From: an uncultured Bacteroidales bacterium
Lineage (GTDB): Bacteria; Bacteroidota; Bacteroidia; Bacteroidales; UBA1715
NCBI GenBank assembly: GCA_964346725.1
Contig: CAYFVM010000001.1
Span: 33,763-97,762, forward strand
Reading direction: 5' to 3'
Length of the DNA stretch: 64,000 bases
A program made the translations under genes and the position numbers. Each line of letters starts with the position of its first letter. Position 1 is the stretch's first letter. The notes under the pieces were generated by a model. It saw nothing but the letters and a program-made list of their open reading frames with translations. It did not search any database and was not told the origin of the DNA. Positions 1 to 10,058 of this stretch are shown here, piece after piece.

Positions 1-1805
1 CAACCATTTCGTGTAGCGTTAGGTCGGCAACGCCAAGGCAAATAGAGGGAACCGCATCTATGTGACTATACAATCCCATTTCATGAGAAAGAGCTACAAC
101 AGGTTCTGGTTTAAGAAGTTGCATAAGTTTTGCCGAAATCCAGTTGTTTGATGTTGCAAGTCCCCATGCAAGCGAAACCATTTCGCCGTTTCGTGCTTTG
201 TCGGAGTTGCTCGGTGTCCACATTTGGTCGTTTACGTAGAATGATGTGGGTACGTTGGCAAATTCCTTGCAAGGCGACATTCCTTCTTGCATTGCGAGAG
301 TGTACAAAAATGGCTTGAAGGTGGATCCAACTTGTCGTTTTTGTTGCATAATGTGGTCGTATTGGAAAAATTCGTAATCAATACCACCAACGAATGATTT
401 AACATAGCCGGTTTTTGCTTCCATAGAAAGTAATCCACATTGTAGAAAACTCTTCATCCATTTAAGAGAATCGACAGGCGAAATTACTGTGTCAATTGAG
501 CCTTCCCATGAGAACAGGGTAGTAGGAACGGGTTCGTTGAATACTTCCATAACTTCGTCCCACGACATTGATTTTCCACCCATAGAGCGATAGCGTTCTG
601 ATTGTTTTATAGACGCTTTCAAGCGATTTTCATAATCTTCTTTGCTTATATTTGAAGCAAATGGAGCTTTTGAATTTTTCTTATTCTCTTTGAAAAACGC
701 AGGTTGAACGGTTTCTGACATGTGTTTACGCATAGCATCTTCGCCGTATTTTTGCATACGAGAATCAATGGTAGTATAGATTTTTAACCCATCACTATAC
801 AAATTGTAATAAACGCCAGGCGTTTTTTCATTTTTGTTGCACCAACCATAAAGCGCACTTGTTTCCCATAATGTAGAGTCGCGTTGGTACATATCGTAAC
901 TCCAATAATTCTTTTTTTCTGGCTTTTGTGCTGTCATTGTTGTTCGCAACCATTCTCTGAAATATGGAGCAATACCATTAGTGTGGTCTATTCTTTTGAA
1001 ATTTAAAGTAATAGGAATGTTTTTCAAAGAGTCGTATGCTTCTTCGCTTAATTTGTCGTAGCGGACCATTTGTTTTAAAACCACATTGCGTCGAACGGTA
1101 ACGGTGTCAACATTGCGAAGCGGATTGAACAACGAAGGGTTTTTTAATTGCCCTACAAGCATGGCAGCTTCTTCTATTTTCAATTCTTTCGGTTCTTTGC
1201 TGAAATAGATTTGCGATGCCATTTTGATACCATCGGCATTGTGAAGGAAGTCGAATTTATTTAAATATAATGTTATGATTTCTTCTTTCGTGTAAGATTT
1301 TTCCAATTTTACCGCAATAGCCCATTCGCGAAGTTTTCTGAATATCAAATCAGTTTTGCTATCCAATTTTTCGCGAGGAAATAACATTTTTGCAAGCTGT
1401 TGAGTAATAGTACTACCACCTCCAGAACTTTTGTCTCCACCAAGTACGGTTTTTACCGCAACACGAAATAAACCGCGGTAATCAATACCTGAATGATTAT
1501 AGAATCGAGCGTCTTCTGTAGAAACGAGAGCATCAATTAAATGTGGAGGCAAATCTTCGTATTTGCATTCTATACGATTTTCCTTATAGAAGGTTCCCAT
1601 TGTTTTTCCATCAGCCGAAATAATATTGGTGGCTAATTTCGTCTTTGGATTCTCTAATTCTTCAAATGTTGGCATAAAACCGACTTCCCCTGATGAAATG
1701 AGGGAAAATAGAATTATGGCGAAGATAATGGGGAAAATCGCACAGCACCATAGTATTATGTAAAGTTTCTTGTGGGATTTATGTTCCTTTTTAAATTCTT
1801 TCATA
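1..1805 (-). CDS. mrcA: Class A penicillin-binding protein (PBP1A type: GT51 glycosyltransferase + transpeptidase); the C-terminal part runs off the left edge
   Basis: Absent from the ORF track because there is no stop inside the window. My reverse-strand translation from ATG 1805..1803 gives MKEFKKEHKSHKKLYIILWCC (membrane anchor). It then shows GT51 motifs EDARFYNHSGID, GGSTITQQLAK and RKLREW, followed by the SxxK transpeptidase motif (VGSTFKPF). The frame stays open to position 1. Confidence 0.85.
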
Positions 1806-1939
1806 TTTCAAAAATTTAGTTTTCAAAGTTATTGAATATACCGTAATTAAAAAGTAGTCTTTTGTTTTTTTTTCTTAAAACCTTTGTTTGTAATTGTTTT
1901 TTATAATTTTGCAAAATCTTTTAAAAGGCGATATACGGC

Positions 1940-4429
1940 ATGACGGAAAATTTGGTAATCGTGGAGTCTCCTGCAAAGGCAAAAACGATAGAAAAGTTCT
2001 TAGGTAAGGAATACATGGTGATGTCAAGTTATGGACACATTCGTGATTTGGAGAAGAAAGGATTGGGAATAGAAGTAGAAAATTCTTTTGCTCCATTGTA
2101 TGAAATATCTCCGGACAAGAAAAAATTGGTAACAGAATTACGAAAAGCAGTTAAAAACGCGAATAGTGTTTGGCTAGCATCCGATGAGGACCGTGAGGGA
2201 GAGGCTATTGCGTGGCATTTGGCAGAAGTTTTAAAATTACCGGTAGACTCCACCAAACGTATTGTATTTCATGAAATTACCAAAGATGCAATTGTTGATT
2301 CTTTGAAACATCCTCGTACCATCAATCTTCGTCTTGTTGATGCTCAGCAGGCTCGTCGTGTTTTAGACAGATTGGTCGGCTTTGAATTGTCTCCAATTTT
2401 GTGGAAAAAAATCAAACCGCAGTTGTCAGCAGGTCGTGTGCAGTCGGTTGCGGTACGAATTATAGTAGAACGCGAACGTGAAATTAATGGCTTCAAAACA
2501 GAGTCGTCATATAAAGTTGTGGCTGATTTTGTTATTGACAATAAAGGAAAGAAATATGTGATTTCTTCTGAATTGACAAAACGTTTTGTGACTCAAAAAG
2601 AAGCTGAAGCGTTTTTGGAAAAAGCAAAAAATGCTTCGTTTACGGTTGCTTCTTGCGAGAAAAAACCAACCACAAAACATCCTGCGCCACCGTTCACCAC
2701 GTCTACATTGCAACAAGAGGCGAGTAGAAAATTCTCGTTCCCTGTGGCAAAAACAATGCAAATTGCTCAGCAACTTTATGAAGCCGGTTTCATAACATAC
2801 ATGAGAACCGATTCTGTGAATTTGTCTGCTTTGGCTGTTGGTACAACTAAGAAATTTATTACCGAAAACTTCGGCGCAGAATATTCTAAAGTTCGCAAAT
2901 ACTCAACTACGTCAAAAGGTGCGCAAGAAGCGCATGAGGCAATTCGTCCAACATATATTGAGAATGAATTTGTATCGTCAAATGCTGACGAACAACGATT
3001 ATATGATTTGATACGCAAACGTACCATTGCTTCGCAAATGGTCGATGCTCAAATAGAAAGCACTACGCTTAATATTGTGAGTGATAGTCTTGAAAAAGCA
3101 GTTTTCACAGCAAAAGGTGAAGTGATTACATTCGATGGTTTCTTGAAAATGTATATGGAATCGGTTGACGAAGAATCTACGGAAGAAAAAGACGTGGTTT
3201 TGCCCGATATCCAAGTAGGCACTGCCGTTTCTTTGAAAAAAATGCTTGCAAGCGAGCGTTTTACTCAACATCCGCCACGCTACACAGAAGCAACGCTTGT
3301 TCGCAAGTTAGAAGATTTGGGAATTGGTCGTCCGTCAACGTATGCACCAACAATTTCTACCATTCAAAAACGTGGTTATATTGTAAAAGAAGACAGAAGT
3401 GGCAAAAAACGTCAATATACTCAGTTGGAGTTGAAAGACGGAAAATTGACATCGGTAAAAGTTGCCGAAACGGTTGATACAGAGAAGAACAAATTATTCC
3501 CAACCGATATTGGTATTGTGGTAAATGATTTCTTGATGAAACATTTTGAAGAAATCATGGATTATAATTTTACCGCATCGGTTGAACAAGAATTTGATGA
3601 GATAGCACTTGGTAAAATGGATTGGGTAGAAATGCTCACGAAGTTCTACAAACCTTTCCATGCACAAGTTGATGATACCCTGGAAACATCGGAACGTGGA
3701 AATGGCGAACGTGTGTTGGGAAAAGACCCTGAAACAGGCCGTCAAGTCTCGGTACGAATTGGTCGTTTTGGCTCAATGGTTCAGTTGGGGAAACAAGAAG
3801 ATGAAGAAAAACCCGTATATGTGGCCTTAGACAAAGGACATAGAATTGAAACAATTACGTTAGACGATGCAATTTCGTTGCTCAAGAGTAGAAATGACGG
3901 TAGATTGTTGGGAGTTCATCCCGTAACTGGCAAAAACATATATGTAAAAAATGGCCGTTTTAGTCAATTTTTACAAATGGGTGAAGCATCTGATCCCGAT
4001 AAGAAAACGGCATCATTGTCTAAAGGACAAGATGCAAAAACGGTGACACTGCAAGATGCATTACCGTTGTTAGATTTGCCTCGTGAAGTTGGCATTTTTG
4101 AGGGAGAACCCGTTGTTGCCAACATTGGACGTTTTGGAGCATTCCTTGCGCACAAAGGCAAATTTATTTCGTTAAAGAAAAACGATCCTGATGTATTTTC
4201 GGTGACGATTAGTGATGCGGAAAAAATCATCAAACGTAAACTTGAAACAGACGAAAAACGTCGTATAAAAGAGTTTGAAGAAGATGCAAATATTAAGGTA
4301 GTTCTTGACAGATGGGGACATCCATGTGTTTTCTACAAGAAAAAATATTTTAGAATTGCCAAAAATGTAGATCCTGCTTCGTTAACATTGCAACAATGTT
4401 ACGAAATAGCTGATGTTAAGAAAAAATAA
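1940..4429 (+). CDS. topA: DNA topoisomerase I
   Basis: 829 aa. The N-terminal Toprim signature is MTENLVIVESPAKAKTIEKFLG...SYGHIRDL. The C-terminus carries repeated GRFG-type modules (IGRFGSMVQLG, NGRFSQFLQMG, IGRFGAFLAHKG) with no CxxC zinc-ribbon pairs. Confidence 0.95.
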   Translation: MTENLVIVESPAKAKTIEKFLGKEYMVMSSYGHIRDLEKKGLGIEVENSFAPLYEISPDKKKLVTELRKAVKNANSVWLASDEDREGEAIAWHLAEVLKLPVDSTKRIVFHEITKDAIVDSLKHPRTINLRLVDAQQARRVLDRLVGFELSPILWKKIKPQLSAGRVQSVAVRIIVEREREINGFKTESSYKVVADFVIDNKGKKYVISSELTKRFVTQKEAEAFLEKAKNASFTVASCEKKPTTKHPAPPFTTSTLQQEASRKFSFPVAKTMQIAQQLYEAGFITYMRTDSVNLSALAVGTTKKFITENFGAEYSKVRKYSTTSKGAQEAHEAIRPTYIENEFVSSNADEQRLYDLIRKRTIASQMVDAQIESTTLNIVSDSLEKAVFTAKGEVITFDGFLKMYMESVDEESTEEKDVVLPDIQVGTAVSLKKMLASERFTQHPPRYTEATLVRKLEDLGIGRPSTYAPTISTIQKRGYIVKEDRSGKKRQYTQLELKDGKLTSVKVAETVDTEKNKLFPTDIGIVVNDFLMKHFEEIMDYNFTASVEQEFDEIALGKMDWVEMLTKFYKPFHAQVDDTLETSERGNGERVLGKDPETGRQVSVRIGRFGSMVQLGKQEDEEKPVYVALDKGHRIETITLDDAISLLKSRNDGRLLGVHPVTGKNIYVKNGRFSQFLQMGEASDPDKKTASLSKGQDAKTVTLQDALPLLDLPREVGIFEGEPVVANIGRFGAFLAHKGKFISLKKNDPDVFSVTISDAEKIIKRKLETDEKRRIKEFEEDANIKVVLDRWGHPCVFYKKKYFRIAKNVDPASLTLQQCYEIADVKKK

Positions 4430-4432
4430 AGA

Positions 4433-5554
4433 ATGGGATTAGAGGCATATTGCGAACCGGTTACTCTTGATGTTTCCAATAATTTGGGAGTATTGTCAAC
4501 TAATTCGTATGCCAACACTTCGTTAAAGGCGGCTGGTGTGTTTCTGCTCGGTTATAGCGAGGACAGAAATTCGGATAATATTGGTACTCACAATGCTGCT
4601 TCGGTAGTGAGAGAGACGTTGTATTCTTTGCACAAAACCTCAAAATCGTTGAAAGTACTAGATTTGGGTATTTGTAAACGTGGTGATACGGTTGCGCAAT
4701 CATATGCAAATCTTCAGTCTGCGGTTGAAATTCTTGCCAAATATGATAAACCTATCATTGTATTTGGTGGGACGCAAGAAGCTTCTTGTTATTTGGCAGA
4801 AGCAAGTTTCAAAAAAGTGCAATTTCCATCGGTTTGTATGATTGATGCACGTGTTGATTGGGAAAAAAATGCAGAAGATTTTTCAAACCGAAACTACATT
4901 TCTCATTTAATAGCATACAATCCGCAAATTCGTTTATCTCAAATAGGTACTCAAGAATATTTATCTTCTCACGATGCCTTTTCATGGTTAGCAGACCATT
5001 ATTTTGCAACGCTTCGTTTGGGAGAATGCAATAATGATATTAAACAAGCAGAATCCTTTATACGCGATGCGCAGCTTGTTTCTTTTGATATCAATGCCAT
5101 TCGCTATTCCGACAATCCTGCAGGCATGAATGTCAATGGATTATACGCCGAATCGGCTTGTCAGTGCGCATGGAATGCCGGATATTCGCCACGAATGAAT
5201 ATGTTTTTCTTGTCTGAATTCAATCCACAAAAAGATACAGATTCTATATCGGCACAATTATCTGCAGAAATTCTATGGCATGTGTTAGATGGCATTTCAC
5301 AACGAAAACGTGAAAGTGGTGATTACTCCGATGATTCATACCTAAAACGATATTTGAAACATGCTAAATTTCCGCAGGATATTTGTTTTTATGAGTCACT
5401 CGTTTCTCAAACATTTTGGGTTGAAGTTCCTATGAAAAGTACGCAGAAAAAGCGTATAATTCCTTGTTCGTTAGAAGATTATGAAATGTTTCGCAACGGA
5501 TTCATTCCTGACTTTTGGATGATGGAATTTCAGCGACTATTGTCACTGAATTAG
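4433..5554 (+). CDS. Arginase/formiminoglutamase-fold (ureohydrolase family) protein with a degenerate metal-binding site
   Basis: 373 aa. The three ureohydrolase motifs are recognisable in the right order and spacing but altered. GGTQE replaces GGDHS (aa 112-116), IDARVD replaces DAHxD (aa 137-142), and SFDINAIRYSDNPAG replaces SxDxDxxDPxxxPG (aa 217-231). The C-terminal E-x-NP motif is present (SEFNP). Confidence 0.6.
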   Translation: MGLEAYCEPVTLDVSNNLGVLSTNSYANTSLKAAGVFLLGYSEDRNSDNIGTHNAASVVRETLYSLHKTSKSLKVLDLGICKRGDTVAQSYANLQSAVEILAKYDKPIIVFGGTQEASCYLAEASFKKVQFPSVCMIDARVDWEKNAEDFSNRNYISHLIAYNPQIRLSQIGTQEYLSSHDAFSWLADHYFATLRLGECNNDIKQAESFIRDAQLVSFDINAIRYSDNPAGMNVNGLYAESACQCAWNAGYSPRMNMFFLSEFNPQKDTDSISAQLSAEILWHVLDGISQRKRESGDYSDDSYLKRYLKHAKFPQDICFYESLVSQTFWVEVPMKSTQKKRIIPCSLEDYEMFRNGFIPDFWMMEFQRLLSLN

Positions 5555-5640
5555 TCAAAAAAGAAGCAACCGTTGTTTTGTGTTGCTCTATCATTTCATT
5601 TTACAAATTAATTTCTACTTTTGCACGCAAATAATTGATT

Positions 5641-6726
5641 ATGGCAGAACAATCGTTAGTCGAAAAATTAGACGGCTTGCAGTATAAATTCGAGGAAATT
5701 TCTACAATGATAACCGACCCGGCTATTATAGCCGACATGAAGCGGTTTGTTAAGTTAAACAAGGAATATCATGAGTTGGAATTGCTTATGAAAGCACGCA
5801 AGGATTATAAAAATATGCTTGCAAACTTGTCGGAGGCAAAAAATATTCTTGAGACTGAAAATGACGAAGATATGCGCGAAATGGCTAAAGCCGAAATAGA
5901 CGAGACAGAGCCAAAAATTGCAAAAATGGAAGATGAAATTCGTCTTTTGCTCATACCTGCCGACCCAGAAGACGGGAAAAATGCCATAGTCGAAATTCGT
6001 GGAGGAACTGGAGGAGACGAGGCTGCAATTTTTGCTGGAGATTTGTATCGTATGTATTCAAAATATTGTGAATCAAAAGGCTGGAAGGCGCAACTTACAA
6101 GTTTTAACGAAGGTACTTCGGGTGGATATAAAGAAATCGTATTTTCAGTAACAGGAAACAATGTGTACGGAACGTTGAAATATGAATCGGGAGTGCATCG
6201 TGTGCAACGTGTTCCAGCAACAGAAACACAAGGGCGTGTACATACTTCTGCAGCAACTGTAGCTGTTCTTCCTGAGGCTCAAGAATTTGATATTGATTTG
6301 AAAGAGTCTGATATCCGTACTGATATTTTTTGTGCATCAGGTCATGGTGGACAGAGTGTAAACACCACATATTCGGCTATTCGATTAGTACATATTCCTA
6401 CTGGAATTACTGTACAATGCCAAGATGAAAAGTCTCAGCTTAAAAATAAGGCAAAAGCCATGGTTGAGTTGCGTACCCGTATTTACAATATGGAGTATCA
6501 AAAATATCTTGATAATATCGCTTCAAAACGAAAAACTATGGTGTCAACAGGAGACCGTTCGGCAAAGATTCGTACATACAATTATCCTCAAGGTCGTGTA
6601 ACCGACCACCGTATAGGTTTAACGCTATACAATTTGCAGGCAATAATGGCTGGTGAAATTCAAGAAATTATTGATGAATTGGTTATTGCAGAAAATGCAG
6701 AACGCTTGAAAGCAGGTGAAATATAG
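5641..6726 (+). CDS. prfA: Peptide chain release factor 1
   Basis: GGQ motif ([11 protein letters not shown]) and the RF1-type PxT tripeptide ([14 protein letters not shown]). The track start at 5635 is TTG; the ATG two codons downstream (5641) is preferred. Confidence 0.93.
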   Translation: MAEQSLVEKLDGLQYKFEEISTMITDPAIIADMKRFVKLNKEYHELELLMKARKDYKNMLANLSEAKNILETENDEDMREMAKAEIDETEPKIAKMEDEIRLLLIPADPEDGKNAIVEIRGGTGGDEAAIFAGDLYRMYSKYCESKGWKAQLTSFNEGTSGGYKEIVFSVTGNNVYGTLKYESGVHRVQRVPATETQGRVHTSAATVAVLPEAQEFDIDLKESDIRTDIFCASGHGGQSVNTTYSAIRLVHIPTGITVQCQDEKSQLKNKAKAMVELRTRIYNMEYQKYLDNIASKRKTMVSTGDRSAKIRTYNYPQGRVTDHRIGLTLYNLQAIMAGEIQEIIDELVIAENAERLKAGEI

Positions 6727-6748
6727 AAGACAAGCTGATTTTATACAC

Positions 6749-6790
6749 AAAGAGCCAAAATGGATTAAATTCTATTTTGGCTCTTTTGTT
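6749..6790 (+). terminator. Intrinsic terminator after prfA
   Basis: Stem aaagagccaaaat / attttggctcttt around a 12-nt loop, followed by a T-rich tail. Confidence 0.7.
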
Positions 6791-6842
6791 ATCAGAAATA
6801 TTCGTTTAGTACTGACTAAACACGAATGTTCTTATAATTATA

Positions 6843-6879
6843 AGAAAAACTCCCCTAAATATTGCGTTTTAGGGGAGTT
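6843..6879 (-). terminator. Intrinsic terminator after the ligase-ACP-acyltransferase gene (minus strand)
   Basis: Stem aactcccctaaa / tttaggggagtt. On the minus strand it is followed by TTTTTC. Confidence 0.7.
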
Positions 6880-6904
6880 AGTGTGTTGTATGAAGTAATA
6901 GTTA

Positions 6905-9370
6905 TTATTTGTATAGTCTATTAGAAATTCTTGCTGCTACATTGTTGCGAAGCGTGCTTGCCGGTTCGCCACTAGGATATACCGGAGCCAAAAATTCTAC
7001 CGAAATCTTAGCAAATGGGCGCGGTAGGTGTATTGTGTCGAACACAGCGTGTTCAGAGCCTTGAATTGCAACTGGAACAACTGGTACATTAAGTACGGTA
7101 CTCAAAATTGCAAAACTATCTTTGAAAGTCAACAGTTTCTCATCGTGTGAGCGAGTTCCCTCTGGGAAAATGATAATGTTTTTACCAGAGCGGAGCACCA
7201 TTGCCATCTGTTGTAATGATTCGCGCACGTTTTTGTTTATATCCATAAGAATTACATTGTTTTTGCTCGCCATGAAGTGGGCAAATTTAGATTGTAAGTG
7301 TTTCTCTTTAGCAAAGAAGAATGTATTGCGAACCGTTTTTCCTTTCAATTTTGACGTAATGAAATATCCGTCGAGTGCACTGCGGTGGTTTGCCACTATG
7401 ATGCATGGATGGTTTGGTAGTTCTATATTGCCACTCTTGCGATATCGATACACAATGTGCATTGCTATTTGTGCCGAGCGGCTGCAGATAGTTTGTAAAA
7501 TACCTGCTTTAGGAATTGTAACTCCTTGTAATTTGGTAGAGAGTATTTCTTTCCATGAAATGTTTGTCGCGTTTTGTATGGAAGTTTCGTGTTCTTCTAC
7601 GTATGCCGCAATTTTACCAAGAGTATTAAGTTCTTCAAGTTGGCTTTCGTTCAACAAAATACCAAACGAAGATTCAATAAACGTAAGTAAAGCAACCTTG
7701 TTGAGCGAATCCATAGCAAGATCAATTTCAATATGGTCGTTTTCGCCGGCATTACATTCATTTTCTGCATCAATAAATGTTTTGAGCATGGTGTAAACTT
7801 CGCTTCGAGGTTTGTCCTCAACGTTTTTTCTTCTGTTTTCTTGAGAAACAAGGTCAGCCAATTTGAATCGTTGAATTTTCATCAAACGAGTTTTTGGCAA
7901 TTCTCCCGAATAAATGTGAATGCGTTTGATTCGTTTGTATTGGGCAACGGTTAGATTGAATTTTGCTATCTCGTCTTTTAGTGTTGCTTCAATGTCTTTC
8001 TCCGTATTTTCTCGAATTTCAGACATTTGAGGAACTATGATACACTGTAACACAGAATCTTTAAGGAAAATACCGATTTCTTTAATGAATGCACAATGCC
8101 TCATTACTTCGGCTTCAAGTTCTTCAGGATTGATCTTTTTTCCATTAGGTGTAACAATAATGTCTTTGATACGTCCGGTTAATTTAAGGCAGTTTCCGTC
8201 GAATTCACCTCTGTCGCCGGTGTGAAGCCATCCGTCACGAAGAACATGTGCTGTTTCTTTCGGGCAATTGTAGTATCCTTGCATTATGTTATCTCCTTTT
8301 ATGCAAACTTCGCCTTGTTCGTCAATTTTTACTTCAATACCAGAAAGAGGTTCACCAGCGTATCCAACACGAACATTCCATGGACGAGTGAAGGTAATCA
8401 TAGGAGCAGCTTCAGTCATTCCGTAGCCTTCCAAAACGGTAAAACCTAATACTTTATATATTGTACCGATTTCAATGGGAAGTGCAGCACCTCCTGAAAC
8501 CAAATATTCAATATGTCCACCAAATTTTTTGTGAACACTGTTGAATAGTATTTTAGAAAATGTTTTGCTATTTACAAACTTAGCAAATTTGTAGAGTAGG
8601 CGAGTAACTGCGGAACTATTGATTTTTGCCATAATTCCTTTTGCCAATATCTCATAAAGTCGAGGAACGCCAATGAAAATGCCAACTTTGCCTCGTTCTA
8701 GAGTAGAAAGTATGCTTTCTGCTGTAAGGTTTTCTGCAATGGCAACCGTTGCCCCATTGTATAGTGGAGCAACAACTGACCCAAGGAGAGGGAGAATATG
8801 ATGCAAAGGAAGAAGAATCATGACGTTTCTGTCTTCATTGTATATTTCAACATCATGGGAAACCGCATTCACATTGAAGAAAATGTTTTTGTATGAAAGC
8901 ATAACACCTTTAGGTGAACCTGTAGTACCTGAAGTGTATATGATTGTCATTGTTTTTTCCATGTCGGAAACACTGATTTCCGTAATTTTTATGTTTTCTA
9001 CAATAGGAATATCTTCAGTAGTGTAGGTTTTACATTGGTGTTTCGTAGTTGCAAGTGCTACATTTACCGTAGCACTTTTTTCATTTGATGTAAAAATGCA
9101 GTCGGGTTGGCAGTTATCTATAATGTATGCTAATTCGTGAGGAGTACATTGTGCATCAACAGGCACAACTATAGCACCTACACGTATTATACTATAAAAT
9201 GTAAAAATCCATTCCGGAGAGTTTTCAGCAAAAATGAGAATCTTTGAAGTATGACCTTTTTCTTTGAAAAAATCTGCATAGATATCTGAATATTGTAATA
9301 CTTCGTTAAATGTAAATGTCTTATCTTTATAGATAATGGCATTTTTGTTTTGTGATTTTAAAATAATCAT
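6905..9370 (-). CDS. Tri-domain fusion: acyl-AMP/CoA ligase (AMP-binding) + phosphopantetheine carrier domain + PlsC-type lysolipid acyltransferase
   Basis: The N-terminal part has AMP-binding motifs YTSGTTGSPKG, GYGMTE, TGDRG and GRIKDIIV. The middle part has a carrier-protein motif IEIDLAMDSLNKVALL (DSL serine). The C-terminal part has acyltransferase motifs NHRSALDG (HX4D) and FPEGTRS. ATG at 9370 (821 aa) is preferred over the TTG at 9397 because a -7 box lies at 9395-9402. Confidence 0.8.
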   Translation of the reverse strand: MIILKSQNKNAIIYKDKTFTFNEVLQYSDIYADFFKEKGHTSKILIFAENSPEWIFTFYSIIRVGAIVVPVDAQCTPHELAYIIDNCQPDCIFTSNEKSATVNVALATTKHQCKTYTTEDIPIVENIKITEISVSDMEKTMTIIYTSGTTGSPKGVMLSYKNIFFNVNAVSHDVEIYNEDRNVMILLPLHHILPLLGSVVAPLYNGATVAIAENLTAESILSTLERGKVGIFIGVPRLYEILAKGIMAKINSSAVTRLLYKFAKFVNSKTFSKILFNSVHKKFGGHIEYLVSGGAALPIEIGTIYKVLGFTVLEGYGMTEAAPMITFTRPWNVRVGYAGEPLSGIEVKIDEQGEVCIKGDNIMQGYYNCPKETAHVLRDGWLHTGDRGEFDGNCLKLTGRIKDIIVTPNGKKINPEELEAEVMRHCAFIKEIGIFLKDSVLQCIIVPQMSEIRENTEKDIEATLKDEIAKFNLTVAQYKRIKRIHIYSGELPKTRLMKIQRFKLADLVSQENRRKNVEDKPRSEVYTMLKTFIDAENECNAGENDHIEIDLAMDSLNKVALLTFIESSFGILLNESQLEELNTLGKIAAYVEEHETSIQNATNISWKEILSTKLQGVTIPKAGILQTICSRSAQIAMHIVYRYRKSGNIELPNHPCIIVANHRSALDGYFITSKLKGKTVRNTFFFAKEKHLQSKFAHFMASKNNVILMDINKNVRESLQQMAMVLRSGKNIIIFPEGTRSHDEKLLTFKDSFAILSTVLNVPVVPVAIQGSEHAVFDTIHLPRPFAKISVEFLAPVYPSGEPASTLRNNVAARISNRLYK

Positions 9371-9394
9371 GACAATTTCTTTTGTTTGACGAGT

Positions 9395-9402
9395 CAAAAG
9401 TA
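9395..9402 (-). promoter_or_regulatory. Bacteroidota-type -7 promoter box (TAnnTTTG)
   Basis: Plus-strand caaaagta equals minus-strand TACTTTTG, 25 nt upstream of ATG 9370. Confidence 0.45.
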
Positions 9403-9581
9403 GGGGGAAAAACCTGCAGAGTAAAAAAAATGGTTTTTGTGTCTATAGAATATCGTTAAAACGGGTTCTTTGGTGTAATAATTCGATTTCAGGGGTGAAA
9501 TTACGTTAAATTTGTGAGTGAAAGTGGTAAAATGAGCATAAATAGATGTAAAATGATTAAGATTTTTTTTGGGGAAGGTCT

Positions 9582-10058
9582 TTATTTCTGGATTAAAGCA
9601 ACAGTAAACACTGCAATTCCTTCTTCTCTTCCTACAAAACCAAGTTTTTCGGTTGTCGTTGCTTTAATAGAAACATCACGAATATCAATGTTTAGGTCGT
9701 TTGCAATGTTTTCGCACATTAGAGGTATATAATTGAGTAATTTAGGCTTTTGTAGGCATATGGTAGCATCAATATTCCCGATAGTCCAATTATCGTTACT
9801 CAATAATTCTTTTGTTTTGCGTAGAAGGATTCTGCTATCAATATTTTTATAATCGTTACTATTGTCAGGGAAATGAAAACCAATGTCGCGTAATGTTGCT
9901 GCCCCAAGAAGTGCATCGCAAATACTATGAAGTAAAACATCGCCATCGGAATGAGCAACCATACCATGAGAGTGTGGTATAGTAACACCACCTAAAATAA
10001 ATGGTAAACCTTCTGCTAATTGATGAACATCATATCCTTGACCTATTCTAATCTTCAT
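9582..10058 (-). CDS. ispF: 2-C-methyl-D-erythritol 2,4-cyclodiphosphate synthase
   Basis: 158 aa, MKIRIGQGYDVHQL...HSDGDVLLHSICDALLGA. The start ATG overlaps the porV stop (ATGA). Confidence 0.93.
   Translation of the reverse strand: MKIRIGQGYDVHQLAEGLPFILGGVTIPHSHGMVAHSDGDVLLHSICDALLGAATLRDIGFHFPDNSNDYKNIDSRILLRKTKELLSNDNWTIGNIDATICLQKPKLLNYIPLMCENIANDLNIDIRDVSIKATTTEKLGFVGREEGIAVFTVALIQK

Noticed and set aside
6829-6846. A perfect 18-bp palindrome (ttcttataattataagaa) and an imperfect hairpin (about 6799-6826) between the two convergent terminators.
   Set aside because: The palindrome is pure AT-rich and merges with the U-tract side of the minus-strand terminator. There is no second copy in the window and no adjacent regulator, so there is not enough to call a binding site.
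7122-7796. Long ORFs antisense to well-supported genes, for example 7122-7796 (224 aa) opposite the ligase gene, 29918-30595 (225 aa) opposite carB, 47554-48189 (211 aa) opposite the WecA-like gene, 22044-22541, 41923-42417, 35462-35869 and 51535-51984.
   Set aside because: Each lies entirely inside a gene with strong motif support on the other strand. Their translations are low-complexity (Ser/Phe/Ile/Leu-rich) with no motifs. This pattern is expected for shadow ORFs in AT-rich, codon-biased genomes.
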